Below, in pieces: positions 51,578 to 61,719 of a stretch of DNA of 64,000 nt. The notes under the pieces were generated by a model. It was given only the letters and a program-made list of their open reading frames with translations, had not been told where the DNA came from and did not search any database. Within the stretch, counting starts at the first letter, position 1. Each line of letters starts with the position of its first letter. The stretch spans positions 1,418 to 65,417 of the forward strand of contig CAVWCW010000029.1 in assembly GCA_963753615.1 (NCBI GenBank). The letters run 5' to 3'. The stretch is from an uncultured Gammaproteobacteria bacterium. Its GTDB lineage: Bacteria > Pseudomonadota > Gammaproteobacteria > Chromatiales > Chromatiaceae. Made by a program: the position numbers and the translations under genes.

Positions 51578-54224
51578 GTGGACGCAGGGACGCCCTGGCA
51601 CCGGCTGAAAACCGACGCCGCCGTGGCCCGGCTCGACAGCGATGCCGAAACCGGCCTGCGCCCCGAACGGGCCCGGACCCGGCTGGAGGAACAGGGGCCG
51701 AACCAGATTGTCGAGGGCCGGCGGCGCTCGCCGCTGGCAATGCTGCTGGGCCAATTCAAGGACTTCATGATTCTGGTGCTGCTGGCCGCAGCCCTGATCT
51801 CCGGGCTGATCGGCGAGCCGGTGGACAGTATCGCCATCCTGGTGATCGTCATCCTCAACGCGGCGATCGGCACGCTGCAGGAACTCCGCGCCGAGCGCGC
51901 AGTGGCGGCGCTCAAGCGCCTGGCCGCACCCCAGGCCCGAGTACGCCGGGGCGGCCAAGTGCTGAGCCTGCCCGCCGCCGAACTGGTACCCGGCGACTTG
52001 GTGTTGCTGCAGGCCGGCGACCTGGTGCCGGCGGACCTGCGCCTGCTGGAATGCGCCGAGCTGGAGTGCGACGAGTCGACGCTTACCGGCGAAGCCCAGC
52101 CGGTAACCAAGCAGGCCGAGGCCCTGGACCAACCGGAACTAGCCCTGGGCGACCGCACCAATCTCGCCTTCAAGGGCACGTTAGCGACCCGGGGTCGTGG
52201 CCTGGGACTGGTGGTGGCCACCGGCATGGAGACCGAACTCGGGCGCATCGCCGGCCTGCTGCGCGGCGAGGCCCGGGTGCGCACCCCGCTGCAGCAGCGG
52301 TTGACCCGCTTCGGCCGCTACCTGGCGCTGGCGGTGCTGGGGATCTGCGCCCTGGTGTTCCTGGCCGGGCTGCTGCAGGGCCAGCCGCTGCTGCTGATGT
52401 TCCTGACCGCGGTGAGCCTGGCGGTGGCGGCGATACCCGAGGCCCTGCCGGCGGTGGTCACCATCTCCCTGGCCCTGGGGGCGCGCAAACTGGTGCGCCA
52501 CCAGGCGTTGGTGCGCAACCTGCCGGCGGTGGAGACCCTGGGTTCGGTCACCTATATCTGCTCCGACAAGACCGGCACCCTGACCCAGAACCGTATGACC
52601 CTGGAGCGCCTACTGGCCGCCGATGAGGCGCGAGAGACGCTGGCCGCGGGCCTGGGCGCCGCCCCCTGGGACCAGCTCGGCCGGGCCCTGGCCCTGAGCA
52701 ACGACGTGGCGTTTCACGACGGCCGGCCCGCCGGCGAGCCTACCGAGCTGGCCCTGTACCAGGCGGCCGCCGCGGCCGGCCTGGACAAGGCCGCGCTGGA
52801 AACCGACCTGCCCCGCCTGGCCGAAATCCCGTTCGACAGCAAACGCAAGCTGATGACCACTCTGCACCGGGACGACGACGGCGTGTTGGCCCTGGTCAAG
52901 GGCGCCCCCGAGGTGCTGCTGCCGCGTTGCAGCGACCGGCTCGGGCCCAGCGGCGCCGAACCCCTGGCCAGCGACGCCCTGCTGCACCAAGCCCAGGCCC
53001 TCGCCCGCCAGGGCTACCGCGTGCTGGCCCTGGCCGAGCGCCGGCTCCCCGCCCTGCCCGAGCCCCCGGCGAAGGCGGAACGAGCGGCTTACCCTGCTCG
53101 GCCTGGCGGCCCTGATCGACCCGCCGCGGCCGGAAGCGGCGCAGGCGGTGGCCGACTGCCGCAGCGCCGGCATCACGCCGGTGATGATCACCGGCGACCA
53201 TCCGGGCACGGCGCACGCCATCGCTACCCGTCTCGGCATCGCGGAAGACAGGGACAGGGTGATGACCGGCCACCAGCTGGCCAAGCTCGACGATGCCGAG
53301 CTCGACCGCCGGGTGGAGGCGATACGCGTCTACGCCCGGGTCAGCCCGGAGCAGAAGATCCGTATCGTCAAGGCGCTGCAGGCCCGCGGCGAGTTCGTGG
53401 CCATGACCGGCGACGGCGTCAACGACGCCCCGGCGCTCAAGCGCGCCGGAATCGGCGTGGCCATGGGCCTAAAGGGCACCGACGTGGCGCGCGAGGCCGC
53501 CGACATGGTGCTGCTGGACGACAACTTCGCCACCATCGTGCGGGCGGTGCGCGAGGGCCGGCGGGTGTTCGACAACATCCGCAAGTTCATCAAGGACACC
53601 ATGAGCTCCAACTCGGGGGAGATCTGGACCCTGTTCCTGGCCCCCTTCCTGGGCCTGCCGATCCCGCTGCTGCCGATCCACATCCTGTGGATCAACCTGG
53701 TCACCGACGGCCTGCCGGGGCTCGCCTTCACCGCCGAGCCGGCGGAGCCCGGGGTCATGCGCCGCCCGCCGCGCCCGCCGGACGAGAGCATCTTCGCCCA
53801 TGGCATGTGGCAGCACATCGTCTGGGTCGGGCTGTTCGTCGGCGGGGTCTCCATCGCCTCCCAGGCCTGGGCCATCGGGCGCGGGGTGGAGTACTGGCAG
53901 ACCGTGGTGTTCACCGTGCTGACGGTGTCCCAGCTGTTCCACTCGCTGGCCGTGCGTAGCGAGCGCGAATCGCTGTTCCGCATCGGCCTGCTCAGCAACA
54001 AGCCCATGCTCGGCGCCGTCTTGCTGACGCTCGCCCTGCAACTGGCGGTGATCTATGTCCCGGCCCTGAACCCGATCTTCAAGACCCAGCCCCTGCCGCT
54101 GTTCGACCTGCTGGTGTGCCTGGGGCTGTCGTCGCTGACCCTTTGGGTGGTGGAATTGGAGAAATGGCTGATCCGGCGCGGGCTGCTATACCGGGGAGCG
54201 AACGCAGCCCCGGGCGGCGCGTAG
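51578..54224 (+). pseudogene. P-type cation-transporting ATPase (type II, SERCA/PMCA-like) with one frameshift near 53065-53085
   Basis: Cation_ATPase_N is present (WHRLKTDAAVARLDSDAETGL), as are TGE (LTGEAQPV), PEALPAV and the ICSDKTGTLTQNRM phosphorylation site. After the shift come LLGLAALIDPPRPEA, MITGDHPGTA, MTGDGVNDAPALKRAGIGVAMG. The GTG start abuts the VIT gene stop. Confidence 0.9.
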
Positions 54225-54254
54225 GAGGCGCGCCCCCGCGCCGAGCCGTCGTCG

Positions 54255-54554
54255 GTGCGGACTCAGTCGCCACCTCGCACCGAGGAACGGCTGCTGGACG
54301 ATATCCGCAGCTTCTTCCGTCGCTTGGTGCCGGCGGACGCCGGCTACAAGCACAACGACATCCACCTGCGCGACTGCCCGCCGGACGAACCGGAAAACGC
54401 CCATTCCCACCTCATCGCCATGCTTCTGGGGGCCAGCGAGAACCTCCGGGTGGTGGACGGCAGGCTCGGCCTGGGCCAGTGGCAATCGCTGATGCTGGTG
54501 GAACTGGACGGCCCGCGCCGACGCCGGGTCAACCTGCAGATTGTGGGCGACTGA
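54255..54554 (+). pseudogene. YjbQ/UPF0047 family protein, 5'-truncated remnant
   Basis: FFRRLVPADAGYKHND...ENAHSHLIAMLLGASENLRVVDGRLGLGQWQSLMLVELDGPRRRRV matches the C-terminal ~90 aa of the ~138-aa family. The N-terminal ~55 residues are missing. The remnant is in the same frame as the ATPase 3' end, separated by TAG 54222-54224. Confidence 0.65.
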
Positions 54555-54679
54555 GCGTCCATCTCCTGGTCTTCTGCGCGCATAACTGGTATTTTCTCGC
54601 GATTAACCTAAGGCCCGCCCTGAGCATCGGATGCCGGCGCGGTTGCGCCGCCAACCGGCCCGTTTCCTGGAGAACGCCC

Positions 54680-55800
54680 ATGACCCGTTTCGCCCTGTTC
54701 GGCGCCGCTTGCGCCTCGCTGTTGCTCCTCGGCGCCTGCCAGCAACAGGCGCCGGAAGCCGAACCGGCCGCGGTCTCGCGCCCGGTCAAGACGCTGCTGA
54801 TCGCCGCGCCGGATTCCGGCGGGGTGCGCAACTTCCCGGCCCGCATCGACGCCAGCCGGCGCGCCGAGCTTTCGTTTCGGGTGCCGGCAAGGTGATGGAA
54901 CTGCCGGTGAAGGAAGGCGATCAGGTAGAAACCGAGCAGGTGGTGGCCGAACTCGACCCCAAGGACTTTGAGATAGTGGTCAACGACCGCCAGGCCACCT
55001 TCAGCAACGCCAAGAAGAACTTCGACCGGGCCAAGGAACTGATCGAAAAAGGGCACATTTCGAAGATGGACTATGACCGCCTGGAGGCCGAGTTCAAGAA
55101 CGCCGAAGCGGCTCTGAAGTCAGCGCGCCTGGACCTGGAGTACACCCATCTCAAGGCCCCCTTCGCCGGCGTGATTGCCAAGCGCCACATCGAGCGCTTC
55201 GAAGAGGTGCAGGCCAAGCAATCGGTCCTGACCCTGCAGGACGTGACCGCCCTGGACGTAAAGTTCGACATCCCCGAGTCGATCATCCGGAGCATCCGCG
55301 CCAGCGAAGAAGCCGGCCGGGCCCGCGACCAAGTCGGGACCTATGCCAGCTTCGAGGGTATGCCCGGGCAGCAGTTCCCCCTGACCTTCAAGGAGATTTC
55401 GACCAAGGCGGACGCCCAAACCCAGACCTTCGAGGCCACTTACACCATGCAGCAGATCGAGCAAGGCTCGGTGCTGCCGGGCATGACCGCCACCGTTACC
55501 ATGGACCTGAGCAAGTTCGTTGGCGGGGACGTCGTGTTCAACGTGCCGGTCGGCGCGGTGGTTGGGGACTACAAGCTTGACCCGCGGGTGTGGGTGGTGG
55601 ACGAAAAAAGCATGACCGTGGCGCCGCGGGCCGTTCAGGTGGGCCGCATGCTGGGGGACCTGATCAAGGTCACCGACGGCCTGGAGCCCGGCGAGCGCAT
55701 CGTCACCGCCGGCGTGCCCTTTCTCACCGAAGGCATGAAGGTCACTCTGATTCCCGACCGGGAGCAGGCCGAGCCTCGCCCCGGGGAGCGGGTGCAGTAG
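54680..55800 (+). pseudogene. RND efflux periplasmic adaptor (HlyD/MFP), lipoprotein; one frameshift near 54885
   Basis: MTRFALFGAACASLLLLGAC is a lipobox. The text reads ...AELSFRVP, then a shift, then GKVMELPVKEGDQVETEQVVAELDPKDF (biotinyl-lipoyl-like), a coiled coil, and the C-terminal VTDGLEPGERIVTAG. A single missing G in CCGGC would restore the frame. Confidence 0.85.
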
Positions 55801-55846
55801 GCGCACCCGGACTCCCCCAGGCACAGAACCCAATAAGAGGCAGGCC

Positions 55847-58800
55847 ATGAACATCGGCGAATATTCGGTCAAGACCCCGGTCGTATCCTGGCTGCTGATC
55901 ATCATTATGGTGGGCGGCGGCATTTGGGGCTTCGAGCAGATGGGCAAGCTGGAGGACCCGGCCTTCACCATCAAGCTGGCCAAGATCATCACTTACTATC
56001 CCGGCGCCAGCGCCCAGGAGGTGCAGGACGAGATCACCTACCACATCGAAGACGCCATCCAGCGCATGGAGCAGGTGTGGAATATCAAGATGTCGGTTTC
56101 GCGCCCGGGTGTGTCCGACATCCTGATCGAGTTCAAGAGCAAGTACCGGGCCAAGGATTTCCCGGCCATTTTCGACGAACTGCGGCGCAAGATCGCCGAC
56201 ATGAAGGGCAAGCTGCCGCCGGGGGCCCAAGAGCCCAATATCATCGACGAGTTCGGCGACGTCTACGGCGTGTATTATGCGCTCACCGGCGAGGGCTACA
56301 GCTGGCGCGACCTCTGGGACTTCGCCGACCGCTTCAAGCGCCAGCTGGTGCTGGTTCCCGGGGTGCGCAAGATCACCATCGACGGCGAGCAGAAAGAGAC
56401 GGTGTACGTCGAAATGTCGCGGGCCCGCATGGGCGAGCTGGGCATCTCGGTGGAGACGATCGCCCAGATCCTGCAATCCCAGAACGTGGTCGCCGATGCC
56501 GGCAATGTGCGGGTCGGCGACGAGTACCTGCGCATCGAGCCCACCGGCGAGTTCAGCTCGGTGAAAGCCATCGGCAATGTGCTGATCGGCTCCGACGAAC
56601 GCAGGCTGATCTACCTGAGCGACATCGCCGAGATCGTTCGCGCCTACGACGAAGTACCGACCAAGCTCTATTACGTCAACGGCAAGCGGGCCCTGACCCT
56701 GGGCATCTCCATGCAGGGCGGCGAGAATGTGGTGGCCGTTGGCGAGCGCCTGGCCGCGCGGGCCAAGGAACTCGAGTCCACCATCCCCGCCGGCATGGAA
56801 CTGGTGCAGATCTACAACCAGCCGCTGGAGGTGGATAAATCGGTCAGCGGTTTCCTGGTCAGCGTCGGCCAGGCGGTGGCCATCGTGATCATCGTGCTGC
56901 TGCTGTTCATGGGGCTGCGCATCGGCTTGATCATCGGCGCGGTACTGCTGATCACGGTGGCCGGCACCCTGCTGATCATGAACCTGACCGGCATCGAACT
57001 GCAGCGCATCTCCCTGGGGGCCCTGGTGATCGCCCTGGGCATGCTGGTGGACAACGCCATCGTCGTCGCCGAGGGTATGATGGTGCGCATGCAGGCGGGC
57101 ATGCGCGCCGCCGAGGCGGCCGGCGAGGCCGTGGGCAAGACGATCTGGGCGCTGCTCGGAGGCACGGTGATCGGTATCCTCGCCTTCTCCGCCATCGGCC
57201 TGTCGCCGGACAGCACCGGCGAGTTCGCCAACTCCCTGTTCTGGGTCATCCTCTACTCGCTGCTGCTGTCCTGGGTCACCGGCATCAGCACCACCCCGCT
57301 GCTGTGCGCCCTGCTGCTGAAACCGGGCCAGCCCGGAGAAGGGGAGCCGAAAGACCCCTACGGCGGCCTGATGTTCCGGCTCTACCGCGGTTTCGTCGAC
57401 CTGGCCCTGCGCCTGCGCTGGCTGACCGTCGCGGTGGTGCTGGGGCTGTTCGTCGCCGCCTTGATCGGCTTCGGCAGCGTGCAAGCAGGCCTTCTTCCCG
57501 GAGTCCAATACGCCGCTGTTTTTTGTCGACGTCTGGGAGATCGAGGGCACCGACATCCGCCGCACCCGCGACGACACCCTCAAGGTGAGCGAGTTCCTGC
57601 GCGGCCTGGAGGGGGTGGAGCAGACCACCACCGTGGTCGGCGGCCCCCACCAGCGCTTCACCCTGGTCTACGACTCCAGGGAAGCGGCGGCGGCCTATTC
57701 CCAGATCATCGTCCAGACCGACAGCCGGGAGCGCATCGCCGAGGTGTGGGACAAGGTCGCCGAATTCATGCGCACCGAGCTGCGCGGAGACCGATCCCAT
57801 TATCAAGTCCCTGCGCATCGGCCCCGGCCGCGACAGCAAGATCGAGGCCCGCTTCCACGGCCCCGAGCCGGCCGAGTTACGGCGGTTGTCCGAGCAGGTC
57901 CAGGCCATTATGCGCGCCGACCCGGAGGCCAAGGACATGCGCGACGACTGGCGCCAGCCGGTGAAACTCGTCAAACCGATCTTCAACGAGCAGGTGGGCC
58001 GACAGCTCGGCATCACCCGCGAGAACCTGGCCGCCGCCCTGCAGTACGCCTTCGACGGCACCCGGGTGGGACGCTACCGGGACGCCAACCTGGTGCTGCC
58101 GATCCTGATGCGGGCGCCGGAGGACGAGCGTGGCGACGTCGGCAACCTGCAGGACATCAGCGTCTGGAGCCCGGTGCTGCGACAGGCAGTCCCCGTGGCC
58201 CAGGTGGTGAGCGGCTTCGAAACGGTGTGGGAGAACACGGTGATGCGCAGCCGCAACCGCCAACTCACCATCATCGCATCGTGCAACCCCACCGGCGAGC
58301 TGACCGCGCCCCTGTTCGGGCGCCTGCAGCCGCAGATCGAGGCCATCGCGCTGCCCCCCGGCTACAGTTTCTCCTGGGGCGGCGAGTACGAGGACTCTGC
58401 CCGCGCCCAGGGCGCCCTGTTCGGCGCCCTGCCCGGGGGCTTCCTGCTGATGATCCTCACCAGCATCCTGCTGTTTGCCAAGGTGCGCCAGCCGCTGATC
58501 ATCTGGCTCACGGTGCCGCTGGCCATCGTCGGCATCACCGCCGGCCTGTTGGCCTTCGACGGCGCCTTCGACTTTATGTCGCTGCTCGGCGCCCTGTCCC
58601 TGATCGGCCTGCTGATCAAGAACGCCATCGTGCTGATCGAGGAAATCGACCAGCAGATCGAAGAAGGCAAGGAACCCTACACCGCCATCCTCGACTCGGG
58701 CGTCAGCCGCCTGCGGCCGGTGATCCTGGCCGCCGCTACCACGATCCTGGGATTGATCCCGCTGCTGCAGGACGTGTTCTTCGTCAATATGTCGATCACC

Positions 58801-58899
58801 ATCATGGCCGGGCTGGGGTTTGCCACCGTTCTCACCCTGGTGTTCGTGCCGGTGCTCTACGCGATTCTGTTCCGAATCAAGCGGCCGGCGGCGGGCTGA
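55847..58899 (+). pseudogene. AcrB/HAE1-type RND efflux permease with two frameshifts (near 57478 and near 57790)
   Basis: Three collinear pieces. (1) MNIGEYSVKTPVVSWLLIIIMVGGGIWGF... up to GFGSV. (2) KQAFFPESNTPLFFVDVWEIEGTDIRRTRDDTLKVSEFLRGLEGVEQTT...FMRTEL. (3) DPIIKSLRIGPGRDSKIEARFHGPE...LTLVFVPVLYAILFRIKRPAAG. Confidence 0.9.
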
Positions 58900-59041
58900 A
58901 CGAGGCGGGGATCGTATTCATCGTCGAGCTCGGCGGCTGAGCGATCGGCCGGCGCCGGGACATGCGCTTCGCCCAAGCCCCAACCAAGACGCCCCGCAGA
59001 TCAAAAAAATCTTTGCCATAGCGGCGACAGGGATCCATGCC

Positions 59042-60706
59042 ATGTCAACACCACTGCTGTTGCCGCAGAATGACCCAGACCGGCAAGGGCGCGCCGACGA
59101 CCTCGCCGAGATGCGCGACACCTACGCCTACCGATACGCGTACAACGACAGCATCGCCACCGCGATCGAGGTGCCCCGCAGCGAGTATCCCGACCTGCAC
59201 TACAAGCGGCAATTGTTGAAGAACCTGGCGCCTCTGTTGTTGAGCCTGCCGCGAGTGCTGGGACAAACCCTACGCAGTTGGAGCGGCAAGGCGGTTGGCG
59301 ATCACCACAACTACTTCTTCTTCGCCAACTCGCCCTATCCGGACCGCCGCTTCATCCGCGACTTCCAAAGCGACCGCGAGTTCGGCCTGCAGCGGGTGGT
59401 GGGAATGAATCACTTGATGACCCGCGCCCTGAGCGCCGAGGAAACACTCCCGCCCGGCCTCCCCGCGGCCGAGCTGGAGCCCTTGTTTACGCGCCTGAAA
59501 ACGGGTCAGAGTCTGGCCGAGGCGCTGGCCGCCGGGCGCCTCTTCCTGGCCGATTATCACCCACTGCAGGGCTTGGCCGACGACCCGGGCGAGTTCGACG
59601 GCGCGCGCCAGTACATTACCGCCCCCTTGGCCCTGTTCCACCTTGGAGCCGAGGGCAGCCTGCTGCCGGTTGCGATCCGCCTGCAACAGCAGGCGGCCCC
59701 CGAGGCCCCGCTGTTCGGCCCCCACCAGGGCGAGCATTGGCAGGCCGCCAAGTTGTTCATGCAGGCCGCCGACGGCAACTACCAGGAGATGATCAGCCAC
59801 GCCACCCGCATCCACTACCTCGCCGAGGCATTGGCCCTCGCCAGCCGGCGCAACCTGCACCGCCGTCACCCCCTGATGGCCCTGCTCGATCCGCACCTGA
59901 GCTATACACTGAAGGTCAATTCCGGCCGCCTGTCCCTGGCCGATAAACAGCGCCAGCCCGGCACTTTCGGCAAGCTGTTCGGCGGCTCCTACCAGGCGAT
60001 GATCGACCTCATGGCCGAGTCCATGCGCAGCTTCGACTTCCAGGCCAACGCCCACCCCGTCGACCTGCGTTGCCGCGGCATGGACAATTCGGAGCTGTTC
60101 TACCCCTACCGTGACGACGGGCAGCTGATCTGGAAGGCCCTGCAGGACTTCGTCGAAGAATACCTGTACGGTTATTACGCGGCGGACCAGGACCTGGAAG
60201 CAGACCCGGAACTGCAGGCCTGGGCGGGCGAGATGGGGAGCCGGGATGGCCTTCGGTTAAACGGCTTTCCCACCGCCATCAGCAGTATCGGACAACTGCG
60301 CGATACGCTAACCAACCTGCTGTTTACGCTCACGGCCCGTCACAGCTCCATCCACTTTGCCCAGTATCAGTACGCCGGTTATGTGCCCAACATGCCGCTC
60401 GCCTGTTACCTGCCGCCGCCCACCGACCCGGACCGCCCCCTGGAGCCGGACTACCTTCTCAAAGCGCTGCCACCCTTTAGCCCGGCCCTGCACCAATCGT
60501 TCATCTTTTACCTGACCAACTTTCGGGTCAACCGCATCGGCGATTACCGAATGGATGCCTATGACACCTCTGGCCAGGCCGCCATCCTGCGCTTTCGCGA
60601 CAAGCTACGGGAGGTGGGCGCGCGCATTGACGCCGGCGATCGCAAGCGCCTCTGTTCTTACCGGCACCTGCACCCGGACTGGATTCCCAACGGAGCAACG
60701 ATCTGA
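59042..60706 (+). CDS. Lipoxygenase (short, PLAT-less bacterial type, 554 aa)
   Basis: WQAAKLFMQAADGNYQEMISHATRIHYLAEALALASRRNLHRRHPLMALLDPHLSYTLKVN has the HxxxxH iron ligands (H253, H258). ARHSSIHFAQYQYAGYVPNMP has the HxxxH/N ligands (H434, H438). The C-terminus IPNGATI ends in the terminal Ile ligand. No signal peptide is seen. Confidence 0.85.
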   Translation: MSTPLLLPQNDPDRQGRADDLAEMRDTYAYRYAYNDSIATAIEVPRSEYPDLHYKRQLLKNLAPLLLSLPRVLGQTLRSWSGKAVGDHHNYFFFANSPYPDRRFIRDFQSDREFGLQRVVGMNHLMTRALSAEETLPPGLPAAELEPLFTRLKTGQSLAEALAAGRLFLADYHPLQGLADDPGEFDGARQYITAPLALFHLGAEGSLLPVAIRLQQQAAPEAPLFGPHQGEHWQAAKLFMQAADGNYQEMISHATRIHYLAEALALASRRNLHRRHPLMALLDPHLSYTLKVNSGRLSLADKQRQPGTFGKLFGGSYQAMIDLMAESMRSFDFQANAHPVDLRCRGMDNSELFYPYRDDGQLIWKALQDFVEEYLYGYYAADQDLEADPELQAWAGEMGSRDGLRLNGFPTAISSIGQLRDTLTNLLFTLTARHSSIHFAQYQYAGYVPNMPLACYLPPPTDPDRPLEPDYLLKALPPFSPALHQSFIFYLTNFRVNRIGDYRMDAYDTSGQAAILRFRDKLREVGARIDAGDRKRLCSYRHLHPDWIPNGATI

Positions 60707-60825
60707 GGCGATGCGCCCGCGTCGGGAACCCCGGCGCGGCACGCCCCAGACATCCGCAACCGAGCTACGGCCCCCCAACCGCCAATGCGGAACTCGCCGC
60801 CGAGCGAATCGCGCTCGATCCGCGC

Positions 60826-61236
60826 TCAGTTCTTGGCGGCGGCGATTTGCTGCAGGGTCTGGGCTTCGAGATCGATGCCGACCTCCAATCCCGGGTTGAG
60901 CGAAATGCCGAAACCCACCCCAAGACGCTCCAGCACCCAAGTGAATTCTGCCACCAGCCCGCCCTCGTACCCCGGATAATCGCGCACAAAGGCCTTGGCC
61001 CGCTCCGGGCCGGTAAACAATACCAGGATCTCCCCCCCGCTATCCTCGTCCTTCAGGGACAGGGGTTTAGCCTTCTGGGACGTCACAAAGCCGCCGATCT
61101 GGTGCTTTTCGTAGACCGGCATAAACACCTCCGAGGCCATCAGGGTATCGATGAACTGCTGGGGGGTGGCGCGGCCCTCTTGGGCATCGAGCAGAACGCG
61201 CTCGAGGTCGTTGCTGGGCTGGAATTCCTGACTCAT
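60826..61236 (-). CDS. SseB-family protein
   Basis: NDLERVLLDAQEGRATPQQFIDTLMASEVFMPV...ILVLFTGPERAKAF resembles the SseB N-terminal domain pattern. The length is 136 aa. Confidence 0.7.
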   Translation of the reverse strand: MSQEFQPSNDLERVLLDAQEGRATPQQFIDTLMASEVFMPVYEKHQIGGFVTSQKAKPLSLKDEDSGGEILVLFTGPERAKAFVRDYPGYEGGLVAEFTWVLERLGVGFGISLNPGLEVGIDLEAQTLQQIAAAKN

Positions 61237-61719
61237 GGGGGCTCCTGAAATGCTTTGGCAAGCCCACTATATGTAGGCGGCCCAGGCAAAGGCAAGAGAA
61301 GCGCCGATCAAATGCTTTTTCGTTCGGCCTCTGGAAAAAACTGCACGGAACGGCTGCTTTCAACGTTGCCCAAAGCAAGCGGCCAATGTTTGAACGAGTT
61401 CACTCGGCTTCTCGTCCCGTCTTGACCTGAACGGCGCCCTAACCTAAGTTTCAAGGGCGGCGGCCTGCTCCAAGCCGGCGTTTCCGAGGTCCTGGACCGA
61501 GACGCGCCTCTGCGGGGCTACCCCGCGGTAACTTACTCGAAACGGCATCCCGCTGCATGAGCGACGCTGCGCCCCAGCGCAGACCCGCTCATGCGGGACA
61601 AGACTGGTTGGAGCCGGTCGCCGCATTTTCGCTTCCGGGCGGCTAAAAATGGCGGGGCTTCCTGCCCCGCACGAGAAGCGCTGTTAAACAAGGGTTTCAC
61701 CAAGGGGGTCGACAGCCCG
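61237..61719 (+). ncRNA. Candidate structured non-coding RNA region upstream of the reverse transcriptase (possible retron msr-msd); boundaries unknown
   Basis: 483 bp with no credible ORF and several GC-rich hairpins: 61435-61459; 61510-61528 (CTGCGGGG-cta-CCCCGCGG); a composite 61548-61598 (TCCCGC..ATGAGCG..CTGCGC-ccca-GCGCAG..CGCTCAT-GCGGGA); and 61652-61670 (GCGGGGC-ttcct-GCCCCGC). A 9-bp inverted repeat GCTTCTCGT (61407-61415) / ACGAGAAGC (61671-61679) brackets them. Confidence 0.3.

Noticed and set aside
55742-57661. 639-aa ORF on the minus strand
   Set aside because: It is antisense to the RND permease, His/Gly/Asp/Ala-rich and without motifs.
61591-61719. ORF-track start of the RT at 61591 (extra 43 codons)
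   Set aside because: The ATG at 61591 lies inside the strongest hairpin (61548-61598). The encoded residues (MRDKTGWSRSPHFRFRAAKNGG...) look non-coding. The ATG at 61720 has a purine-rich RBS-like AAGGGGG. The start remains uncertain, and 62002 is another option.
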